From positions 998-64,997 of the forward strand of contig CANKVM010000001.1 of NCBI GenBank assembly GCA_947487175.1: a DNA stretch of 64,000 bases, given 5' to 3'. This DNA is from Flavobacteriales bacterium. GTDB taxonomy: Bacteria > Bacteroidota > Bacteroidia > NS11-12g > UBA955. Within the stretch, counting starts at the first letter, position 1; each line of letters starts with the position of its first letter. Made by a program: the position numbers and the translations under genes. Of this stretch, positions 19,288 to 27,498 are shown piece by piece. The notes below the pieces were generated by a model that saw only the letters and a program-made list of their open reading frames with translations, searched no databases and was not told the origin of the DNA.

Positions 19288-20196
19288 CTATTTTGAAGCA
19301 ATGTTAATGAAGAAAGTAAATAATGGCAAAGCCAAGTGGAAAGCAATTAAAAACTTAAGCATCAAATCCATTCTTTTATATTTATTCTTCCACGAAGTTA
19401 ATCCAATAGCAGTAACTAGAACTGTGGAAATAAGGGTTATTGAAGAACCTAAAATTAAATCCACATTTTTATAAAAATGCTCATTTTGAATAAAATATAT
19501 CCCTAAAAAAACCAAAAAGACAACGATATTAAAAATAACCAATCCAAGTTTAACCTTTGATTTTCCGGCAGCCACAACAACCGTATTGTAACCAAAAATC
19601 AAATTTCCCTTGTGTCCTGCAATATCTTTTACCACATCTTTGGTAAAAAGCAAGGCGAGCAGCGTGCAAAAGAAATACATCAATTTCCAATCCCACACTC
19701 CATAATGAATCCAAACAGCAATTAATGGAGCCATTGTTAATATACTCGCAGAAAGTTCTCTCACAATTGGTTTCTTTTGCAATTTATGAGAATAGAACCA
19801 ACAGATTAAAATGTAAAAAACATAGAAAACTAGGATTTTCTTAGTGGCGCAAAAAGCAAATAAAGTGGCCAAGAAGTTAAAAAGAACATAGCTATTGGCT
19901 AAAAATGTTGTACCAATTGCCCTACCAACGAGTGCCGATTTTGGTCTGTTAACTAAGTCTTTATCTGAATCATAAAACGAATTAATTACGAATGCACCGC
20001 AAAGTGTAAAAATGGTTGACAACACCATTAAATGCAAGGTTTTGTCGAGAATGATTTGATGGAATGAGTATTGTGGACCAAAAACAAATAATGCCAGAAA
20101 ATACTGACCTAAAACCATGAGCAACACATTGTACCAACGAATGATACCCAAGAAGTAAATAAATTTAATTATTTTTTTGTTGCCTAGAAATGGCAT
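19288..20196 (-). CDS. UbiA-family aromatic/lipid prenyltransferase (membrane)
   Basis: 8-9 TM helices; aspartate-rich motif in first cytoplasmic loop (SFYDSDKDLVNRP...), consistent with UbiA N/DxxDxxxD...RP signature; last gene of mevalonate operon. Confidence 0.65.
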   Translation of the reverse strand: MPFLGNKKIIKFIYFLGIIRWYNVLLMVLGQYFLALFVFGPQYSFHQIILDKTLHLMVLSTIFTLCGAFVINSFYDSDKDLVNRPKSALVGRAIGTTFLANSYVLFNFLATLFAFCATKKILVFYVFYILICWFYSHKLQKKPIVRELSASILTMAPLIAVWIHYGVWDWKLMYFFCTLLALLFTKDVVKDIAGHKGNLIFGYNTVVVAAGKSKVKLGLVIFNIVVFLVFLGIYFIQNEHFYKNVDLILGSSITLISTVLVTAIGLTSWKNKYKRMDLMLKFLIAFHLALPLFTFFINIASK

Positions 20197-20198
20197 AC

Positions 20199-21140
20199 TT
20201 AAATCTTATAAATGACCTGTAATTTATGACCACTAAGCATTTTTTCAGCCTGCTCAAAATCTTGAGTAAAGCCAAGAACAAACCCACCACCGCCGCTTCC
20301 ACAAAGTTTTAAATAATAAGCATTTGTTTCTAGTCCTTTACGCCAAATTCCTTCAAATTTTTGAGGAATCATTGGTTTGAAATTGTCAAGAAAAAGAGAA
20401 GAAATTGCTTTTACATTCTCAAACAATGGTTTGTTTTCGCCTTTCAGGAAAGATTTCACAGCACCATCATTGTATTTTTTAAGTTGGGTTCTAACTAAAT
20501 TCCTGAACCCTTCGTCTTTTAATTTTTGAAGGAAAATAGCAACCATTCCTTGTGTTTTTCCAGGACTACCAGAATCCATCAAGAAAATAGCACCTTTGCC
20601 TTCTATATTTTCAGTTGGAATTCCAACCGCACCCAAATCGCCTTTGCCTTTAATTAAAATAGGTAAATTCAAATAACAAATTAAAGGATCTAATCCAGAG
20701 CTCTTTCCATGAAAATACGATTCAAGGATAGATAAAATCACTTTCAAATTAGCGAGGTTTTCACCTTTCATCACCATGTCGGCCGCTACTTGATCGGTTG
20801 CATATTGGTTATACAAAGCGGCAACCAAAGCTCCAGAACTTCCAACGCCAAAGCCTTGAGGAATACTACTATTAAAATATAAGCCGTTACTTAAATCGGT
20901 TTCAATTTTGTTGAAATCAATTTTACATGGCAAATTGCCATTTGCATCCATTTCTTTCAAATGGGCAACAAACTTGGCAATACTCAAATTCGATGATTTT
21001 TGTTCTTCATCAAACTGAGAAGAAAACTCAAATTTCCCTTTGAAAAAAGTGTATGGAATACTCAATCCCATAGAATCTTCTATGATTCCATATTCACCAA
21101 ACAATAATATTTTGGCATAATATAACGACTCTTTTAACAT
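20199..21140 (-). CDS. GHMP kinase, mevalonate kinase or phosphomevalonate kinase (paralog B)
   Basis: GHMP motifs: LLFGEYGII (motif 1), GFGVGSSGALVAAL (motif 2), CGSGGGGFVLG (motif 3); ATG overlaps mvd stop by 1 nt (TAATG). Confidence 0.7.
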   Translation of the reverse strand: MLKESLYYAKILLFGEYGIIEDSMGLSIPYTFFKGKFEFSSQFDEEQKSSNLSIAKFVAHLKEMDANGNLPCKIDFNKIETDLSNGLYFNSSIPQGFGVGSSGALVAALYNQYATDQVAADMVMKGENLANLKVILSILESYFHGKSSGLDPLICYLNLPILIKGKGDLGAVGIPTENIEGKGAIFLMDSGSPGKTQGMVAIFLQKLKDEGFRNLVRTQLKKYNDGAVKSFLKGENKPLFENVKAISSLFLDNFKPMIPQKFEGIWRKGLETNAYYLKLCGSGGGGFVLGFTQDFEQAEKMLSGHKLQVIYKI

Positions 21141-22177
21141 TAGGCTAATTTTTGAGGTGTACCTCCAATATTACTACAAAGATACAAACCATTTTTGCAG
21201 TATACTAACAACTTATTGTCAATAAAGTTTGAAATTTCTGTTTCGTATTGTTTATCATACAGTAGGTGAACATTTGCACCTGCATCCAATGTAAATGCCA
21301 AAGGCAAATTTGTTTCTTCTCTGAATGCCCAAATCTCTTCCAATATAGCCAATGTATTGGGTCTAATCAAGGTAAAATACGGAATAGACGACATCATCAT
21401 GGAATGCAATTGGAGTGCCTCAGATTCTACCAATGCAATGAAATTTGTAACATCACCACTTTGTAAATAGCTTGTAATCTTGCTTATGTTTTTTTGTGCA
21501 TTTGCAAATCGGGCAGCTGCATAAGGATGATTATCTAACAAAGCATGTCCTTCTGTACTACTTACCTTCTTCTCTCCATCGTCAACAATTAAAACACAAT
21601 CTTTCCAATTACTCAACGTTGCATGAATTTCTTTTTCAAAAGGCACAGCAAATAGATCGCTACTTTTTTCAACGTCATCGTGTTCGCCCCAAACTGATGG
21701 TTTGCCATAAACACTTCTACAAGCGCTACCTGAACCTAAGCGGGCAAAAAAACTTGCACGCTCGAAAAACTCAGCGCTTCCATTTTCATACTTGCCTTCC
21801 AAATCAGCAATACACATTGCCAATGCACCGAATCCTGCTGCACTACTGGCGATACCTGTACCGTGGGGAAAATTATTTACCGTATCAATAATAAAATTGT
21901 GACTTTTCACAAAATCGCTATACTGTGAAATCCGTTCTAAAAAGGCAATAATCTTAGGCTCAAATGAAGGTTTGGGTTCTCCTTTAAAAGTAAAAATAAG
22001 TTTCGGGCCTTCATCTTGCGTTGCAATCATAGAAGTTTCGGCAAATAAATCGCTCAACGACCAACTGATACTTGCATTCGCCGGCAATTGCACTCCGCCT
22101 TCTTTTTTCCCCCAATATTTGACCAAAGCAATATTGCTTGGACAACTGTATTTCACTTGCATCTGTTTGTTATTCAT
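21140..22177 (-). CDS. mvd: diphosphomevalonate decarboxylase
   Basis: N-terminal NIALVKYWGKK signature; GHMP-fold motif GTGIASSAAGFGALA; 345 aa. Confidence 0.85.
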   Translation of the reverse strand: MNNKQMQVKYSCPSNIALVKYWGKKEGGVQLPANASISWSLSDLFAETSMIATQDEGPKLIFTFKGEPKPSFEPKIIAFLERISQYSDFVKSHNFIIDTVNNFPHGTGIASSAAGFGALAMCIADLEGKYENGSAEFFERASFFARLGSGSACRSVYGKPSVWGEHDDVEKSSDLFAVPFEKEIHATLSNWKDCVLIVDDGEKKVSSTEGHALLDNHPYAAARFANAQKNISKITSYLQSGDVTNFIALVESEALQLHSMMMSSIPYFTLIRPNTLAILEEIWAFREETNLPLAFTLDAGANVHLLYDKQYETEISNFIDNKLLVYCKNGLYLCSNIGGTPQKLA

Positions 22178-23105
22178 TAATTATAAAACTGTTCCAAGGA
22201 AAAATTCTAAAATTCTCAAATGCCCTAGGATATGCATCTAAAATTGTTTTATTTATCAACATCATATCTCCACCCCACGCACCTAACCATTTACATAAAC
22301 CTTTGTTTACTGGTTTTATTCCAAGAACATCATAAGTTGTAGGAAGCATTAATGCCTTAGACAAAAGCATTTGATACATCTCCAAACTCGATTCTAATTC
22401 CATGATATTCGATGCAATTCTGGTTTGCGAAATTATTTTATCGAATTGTGCAGTATAAAACTCATCTTCGGCAATGTCATTTAACTCATCTTGTACTGAT
22501 GACAAACTATTCCTAGAATCTATTTTTTGACCATAAAATACCAAATACCAATCTTTGGTAAAGTACTCCTCTAATCGCCAATATTTCCAATTAGAATCGT
22601 CAGCGGTTAAGCAATAAACCATAGGTTTTTGTAATTGGGCAATGGCCACATCATACCCACTTCCACCAAAAATTTCAAACTGTATGTTCATCGGATCAAG
22701 ATGTAGAAAATCTGCAAAAAGTTTAACTAAGGTACTGCTGCTTCCCAAGCCCCAAACCCTTTCAAATTCCAATTGCGTTTCAATTCTCCAAGATTTCCCT
22801 GTTTCCCAAAAATCAGAATCCGCCAATTTTAAAATCCCAACCAACCTATCTGCTTGAATATTTTCAATTTGAGCGGGATCAACTAATTCAAAGTTTGGCA
22901 AGAGAATTTTCGTTTCAAACCATACATTTCCATGTAAATCTTTGGCTTGATATAAGATAAAATCTGATGAATCATCGGGTGTATCGAAATCCCAAACATG
23001 CATCCATTGTCCAAGCTTCGTTGGCAGCGCTATGCAATCAAATCCGTTCATCACCAAGTATTCACCGGTGAGCATTACTTTCCCAGTTGCGAAATACGAC
23101 CGCAT
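22170..23105 (-). CDS. GHMP kinase, phosphomevalonate kinase or mevalonate kinase (paralog A)
   Basis: GHMP motifs: GKVMLTGEYLVMNG, VWGLGSSSTLVKL; ATG overlaps HMG-CoA reductase stop by 1 nt; 8-nt overlap with mvd start. Confidence 0.65.
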   Translation of the reverse strand: MRSYFATGKVMLTGEYLVMNGFDCIALPTKLGQWMHVWDFDTPDDSSDFILYQAKDLHGNVWFETKILLPNFELVDPAQIENIQADRLVGILKLADSDFWETGKSWRIETQLEFERVWGLGSSSTLVKLFADFLHLDPMNIQFEIFGGSGYDVAIAQLQKPMVYCLTADDSNWKYWRLEEYFTKDWYLVFYGQKIDSRNSLSSVQDELNDIAEDEFYTAQFDKIISQTRIASNIMELESSLEMYQMLLSKALMLPTTYDVLGIKPVNKGLCKWLGAWGGDMMLINKTILDAYPRAFENFRIFPWNSFIINE

Positions 23106-24457
23106 TACTTTTTATTTATAACCAATGAATCCGCCGAAATACCTCTTATTTTACAAAATATTTCAACTGCATTGCTAAAGCTTACAACTTTGTCTTTGAA
23201 ATAATTCACTATCTCAATTTTCTCAGCATCAGTAGCTTCGAGTTGATTCAAAATATTTAACAAGTGCATTTTCATGTGTCCTTTTTGGATACCACTGGTA
23301 ATCAAAGAACGCACCGCACTAAAATTTTGAGCCAAACCTGCAACTGCAACTATTTCCATCAATCCAGAAGCATTTGGATAACCCAAAAGTTCATGGGCAA
23401 ACTTTACCATTGGATGTAAACTCGTAATACCACCAACGGTACCAATTGACAATGGTATTTCTATCCAAAACTTAAAAATTCCATCTTCAGCAGAAGCATG
23501 GGTTAAACTCGAATATCGGCCATCTTTTGCAGCGTATGCATGCGCACAAGCTTCCGTGGCACGGAAATCATTGCCGGTTGCAATAATTACAGCATCAATT
23601 CCATTCATGATACCCTTATTGTGTGTGACAGCCCTATATGGCTCAATAGACGCAATTCTAATGGCCCTGCAGAATTTATCAGCAAACTCTTGATTGCCAA
23701 TTCCGCTTCCCTCATTAATGTCTTCTATTGAACAACTAACTTCCGCTCTAACTAGGCACTCAGGAGTAAAATTACTCAAAATACTCATTACGATGGTTAC
23801 ATCAGGTTGATCAGCTGCTTCGCATTCATCAACCAACTGTTTCCAAGTTTTGGCAATTTCTTCTAAGCAACTGTTAATGAAATTTGCACCCATACTGTCG
23901 CGGGTATCAAACTTCACTTCAATTTGATAATATCCAGGTTCGAATTCAGTTTTATCCAGTAATGAAATATCTTGAATTCCTCCCCCACGAATTCTCATGT
24001 TTTTTGTAATGTCGTCGGTGTGGGTATAAAATAAATGCTTATTGCTATCAAACAATTCAGTAAGCCAATCTACATTAGTTCCCTCCCATAAAAAGTGAAC
24101 ATGACCCACTTTTACCATTCCAATGACCTCTGTTTTAAATCCACCACGATCTAACCAGAAATTAGCAGACTTAGATGCCGCAGCCACCACGCTACTTTCT
24201 TCAATAGCCATTGGAATTGCATACATCTTGTTATTAATTAGAAAATTAGGAGCAACACCAAAGGGCATATAAAAATTACTGATGGTGTTTTCAATAAACT
24301 CATCGTGTAATTTTTGCACTTCTGGTTGTGCATGCCAATATCCCTCAATCATTTGACGAGATTCATTTGGTTGATTGGTATAATTTTCAATGAGCCATTC
24401 AATCTTGGCTTCTTTTGTATATTTACTAAATCCTTTAATTGGTTCGTTTTTCATCAT
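23105..24457 (-). CDS. hmgR: hydroxymethylglutaryl-CoA reductase
   Basis: 450 aa; conserved HMGR catalytic region pattern (ENxxG/DAMGxN-like, ...AVAGLAQNFSAVRSL...GIQKGHMKMH); 4-nt overlap with idi2 stop. Confidence 0.8.
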   Translation of the reverse strand: MMKNEPIKGFSKYTKEAKIEWLIENYTNQPNESRQMIEGYWHAQPEVQKLHDEFIENTISNFYMPFGVAPNFLINNKMYAIPMAIEESSVVAAASKSANFWLDRGGFKTEVIGMVKVGHVHFLWEGTNVDWLTELFDSNKHLFYTHTDDITKNMRIRGGGIQDISLLDKTEFEPGYYQIEVKFDTRDSMGANFINSCLEEIAKTWKQLVDECEAADQPDVTIVMSILSNFTPECLVRAEVSCSIEDINEGSGIGNQEFADKFCRAIRIASIEPYRAVTHNKGIMNGIDAVIIATGNDFRATEACAHAYAAKDGRYSSLTHASAEDGIFKFWIEIPLSIGTVGGITSLHPMVKFAHELLGYPNASGLMEIVAVAGLAQNFSAVRSLITSGIQKGHMKMHLLNILNQLEATDAEKIEIVNYFKDKVVSFSNAVEIFCKIRGISADSLVINKK

Positions 24458-25461
24458 TTTTTTAACGTAAGATAAGTTTGAGCCATTTCAAGTCCTTGAA
24501 CCTGACTTTCAACAAATGCCAATAACTCTTGGTCTCCTTGCATTGCATATTTCAAAAACAGAGAAGCATGGGCATAAAAGGTTTTGTGGGGTATTGATTT
24601 CAAGAAATAATAGCCATCTAAAAAATTATTAATTCCACCTGAAACAATAACCGATTTGGCTTTGATTTCACCGGGATTTTGATTTAAACTATCTATCACC
24701 CATTCCGACATTTCCAATGCCGTATGTCCAAGGTGGGTAGCACTTTCCCAAGATTCTTTGCGAACATCCTTTCTGCGTAAACTTTCTAGAACACTGAAAT
24801 TCGTCCCTCCAAATGCACCAAAATCAACCGCTTCCAATGGCAATTTCATTAATTCATTGAGGGACTTGGGTCCGAATCCTTGACCAACTTCTTTCACCAT
24901 AATGGGAAAATGAAATTTATCGAGCACTCTTTTTATTGTATCTATTGGCGGAAATTGAAACTTATCCCCTTCTGGTTGAAACCATTCTTGCAGTGGATTC
25001 ACGTGAATAATAAGACCATCAGCCTCTAACAAATCAACCAACTCAGATATTTTATTTTCTTGTTTTGATGTAAACAATTCTTCAATTTGTGCGATGCCCA
25101 AATTTGCATATAGGGGTTGATTTCCAATATACTTACGCACTGCGAAATCTTTGGCGTTAGAAGCGTCTACCAAAACAGGTCGGCAAGAGCCTAAACCCAT
25201 TCCCAAACCAAATTCTTTGCAAGCAATTGCTAAGTTTTTATTGATATCACCTGCCAATTCTGCGCCACCTGTCATGCTGCTTATCCAAAGAGGGAAACGC
25301 ATAATTTTACCGGCCATTTGCATAGGCGGAATACATCCTGAAGCTGGAGATGCAGAAAATAGAGGTTCGTAATAAAAACGCGAATCTTGTTCAGCTAACT
25401 GAGATTGAAAGGCCAATTGTATATGGTCTAATTTGCGAGTGTGTAACGATTGGTCTGACAA
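24454..25461 (-). CDS. fni: type 2 isopentenyl-diphosphate delta-isomerase (FMN-dependent); track start is TTG
   Basis: N-terminal RKLDHIQLA signature of IDI-2, TIM-barrel FMN oxidoreductase pattern (..MTGG...GQGFG.., VSGGINN). Confidence 0.8.
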   Translation of the reverse strand: MSDQSLHTRKLDHIQLAFQSQLAEQDSRFYYEPLFSASPASGCIPPMQMAGKIMRFPLWISSMTGGAELAGDINKNLAIACKEFGLGMGLGSCRPVLVDASNAKDFAVRKYIGNQPLYANLGIAQIEELFTSKQENKISELVDLLEADGLIIHVNPLQEWFQPEGDKFQFPPIDTIKRVLDKFHFPIMVKEVGQGFGPKSLNELMKLPLEAVDFGAFGGTNFSVLESLRRKDVRKESWESATHLGHTALEMSEWVIDSLNQNPGEIKAKSVIVSGGINNFLDGYYFLKSIPHKTFYAHASLFLKYAMQGDQELLAFVESQVQGLEMAQTYLTLKK

Positions 25462-25517
25462 AGTTTTACAAAATTAACAAAAAATAAGGATGGATTGTTT
25501 TTGAAATTGACCAAAAC

Positions 25518-25850
25518 CTATAATTTTTCGTTTTTTTTGTGCCTCTCGGCATCTCGAATTGTCTTTTTTTGGATGTTTTTTTCTATGGCTTCTGTTAAAT
25601 TGACACCGGTTTGATTGGCTAAGCAAATCAAAACCCACAACACATCAGCCATTTCATCGGCCATATCTAGATTCGTTTCATTTTCTTTAAATGATTGATC
25701 ACCATATTTACGGGCCATAATTCTAGCCAATTCACCCACTTCTTCTGTTAGAATAGCCAAATTAGTAAGTTCAGAAAAATAACGAACGCCAATTGTTTTG
25801 ATCCAATTATCTACTTCAGATTGAAGCTCTGAAATGGTCATATCTTTCAT
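25518..25850 (-). CDS. MazG-like nucleoside triphosphate pyrophosphohydrolase (small single-domain)
   Basis: EEVGELARI...EMADVLWVLICLANQ pattern typical of MazG/NTP-PPase helices. Confidence 0.7.
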   Translation of the reverse strand: MKDMTISELQSEVDNWIKTIGVRYFSELTNLAILTEEVGELARIMARKYGDQSFKENETNLDMADEMADVLWVLICLANQTGVNLTEAIEKNIQKKTIRDAERHKKNEKL

Positions 25851-25858
25851 CTGGTTGC

Positions 25859-26398
25859 TTAGAACGGCGATACAAACTCAGAAAAAGTGGGCAAACCAAT
25901 ATCTTTTGCTGAAAGTACCGGATTTTCGATATTCCAAGGAATATTCAATTCTGGAGAATTCCATAAAACGCCACCCTCCACTTCAGGATGATAGTAATCA
26001 GTACATTTATAGGTAAATATTGTATTGTCTTCCAAAGTTAAAAAACCATGTGCAAACCCAGGCGGTATATACAACATATTATAGTTTTTTTCAGTCAATT
26101 CAACGCAAACAAATTCACCATAAGTATCAGAGTCTTTTCTTATATCAAGTGCAACATCTAAAACTGCACCTTTTATTACCCGAACAAACTTTCCTTGTGA
26201 AAATGGCGGCGCTTGAAAATGTAAACCACGCAAAATTCCTTTCTGTGATAAGCTCTGATTGTCTTGAACAAATTTGGTTTCTACTCCATTGTCCTTCAAC
26301 ACATCTTCCCTAAAACTTTCAAAAAAGTGTCCTCTATGGTCTTCAAATACCTTAGGTTTAATCAAATAAAGTCCTGATAATAACGATTCAATTTGCAT
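25859..26398 (-). CDS. rmlC: dTDP-4-dehydrorhamnose 3,5-epimerase
   Basis: 179 aa cupin; conserved RGLHFQ and ...YYxPExE... motifs; standalone (no rmlABD adjacent). Confidence 0.8.
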   Translation of the reverse strand: MQIESLLSGLYLIKPKVFEDHRGHFFESFREDVLKDNGVETKFVQDNQSLSQKGILRGLHFQAPPFSQGKFVRVIKGAVLDVALDIRKDSDTYGEFVCVELTEKNYNMLYIPPGFAHGFLTLEDNTIFTYKCTDYYHPEVEGGVLWNSPELNIPWNIENPVLSAKDIGLPTFSEFVSPF

Positions 26399-26468
26399 TT
26401 TAATAATAAAGTGCGTAAAATTACGTTAATTTGTTAACTGAATCACACAAAACTTAAAACTATTTACT

Positions 26469-27386
26469 ATGCAAAACCAACAAGAAGGCAACAATAAATC
26501 AATATTGTATGCAATTATCATTATCCTATTGTTATTCAATTTGGGATTATTTTACTTATGGCAAAAAGGAAATTCTACAAGAGACGCCTTGACTTCTGAA
26601 AACTCTTCGCTTGCTGGTACCGTAAAACAAAAAGAAAACTTATTGGCCGCAGCTGACGCAATGATTGCGCAATACAAATCAGATAGTTTGGCAATGTCAT
26701 CAGCCAATAAAAAGATTTCTACTGAACTTGCCGAAAAAGGAAATGAAATTGCTCGTTTGGCATTTCAATTACGCCAAGCAAACTCAAGTAGCAATAAAAA
26801 CCAACAGTTAATCAATGAATTGACAAAAAAATTGGCTGTAATGGGAGATCGATTGGCGCAGCTTGAAAAAGAAAATGTTGAGTTGAAAGAGAAAAATGCA
26901 ACTCTAGCAACAGCAAATGACCAATTAACCAATGAAAATACGGTATTGTCTAAAGAAGGACGCAGATTAAAAAACTTAGCTGCCAGAATTCAAAGTAGTG
27001 AAATAAGAATTGAGACATTGAAAAAACAATGGATCACAAGAAAAGAAACAAACACCAATAGGGCAAAAGATGTTGAAGCTTTGAGAATTAGCTTTAACCT
27101 TGCTGAGAATAAAGTTGCTGAAGCTGGAGAAAGAAACATCTTCATCAAAATTACTGGACCAGAAGGTGTTACACTTAGCCGTGATGGTGAAGGTGGAATT
27201 GCTGAATTGTTAGACGGTAAATCTACCAAATATTCATATAAAACAAATGTTGTTTTTGAAAAAGACAGCAAACAAGTTCCTGCAACAGTTTGGAAGCCTT
27301 CAAACAAATTAACCAAAGGCAAATATTCAATTGAATTATTTACTGAAGGTTATTTAATGGGATCTAGTGTTATTGATTTGAAATAA
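26469..27386 (+). CDS. membrane-anchored coiled-coil protein (305 aa), hypothetical
   Basis: N-terminal TM (ILYAIIIILLLFNLGLFYLW), then about 170 aa of heptad-rich sequence (LAQLEKENVELKEKNATLATANDQLTNEN...), C-terminal globular about 100 aa; strong terminator follows. Confidence 0.5.
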   Translation: MQNQQEGNNKSILYAIIIILLLFNLGLFYLWQKGNSTRDALTSENSSLAGTVKQKENLLAAADAMIAQYKSDSLAMSSANKKISTELAEKGNEIARLAFQLRQANSSSNKNQQLINELTKKLAVMGDRLAQLEKENVELKEKNATLATANDQLTNENTVLSKEGRRLKNLAARIQSSEIRIETLKKQWITRKETNTNRAKDVEALRISFNLAENKVAEAGERNIFIKITGPEGVTLSRDGEGGIAELLDGKSTKYSYKTNVVFEKDSKQVPATVWKPSNKLTKGKYSIELFTEGYLMGSSVIDLK

Positions 27387-27413
27387 TCAATTACTAATAA
27401 CCATATCTAAAAA

Positions 27414-27439
27414 AGCGCAGGAAACTGCGCTTTTTTTTG
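27414..27439 (+). terminator. rho-independent terminator for the coiled-coil gene
   Basis: AGCGCAG-GAAA-CTGCGCT hairpin followed by T8. Confidence 0.7.
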
Positions 27440-27442
27440 TGC

Positions 27443-27471
27443 AAAAAAATCGGGAAGATTTCTCCTCCCGA
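27443..27471 (-). terminator. rho-independent terminator for the TPR-protein gene (minus strand)
   Basis: TCGGGAAG/CCTCCCGA stem (one mismatch) with 6-nt loop; on minus strand followed by T7 (A-run 27443-27449 on plus). Confidence 0.55.
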
Positions 27472-27498
27472 CTTTTAACTACTATAAAAAATCAACTA

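Noticed and set aside
21496-21891. 131-aa plus-strand ORF inside mvd (and others at 21266, 21972, 22138)
   Set aside because: Antisense to tightly coupled mevalonate operon genes; His/Gln/Leu-rich nonsense-like composition
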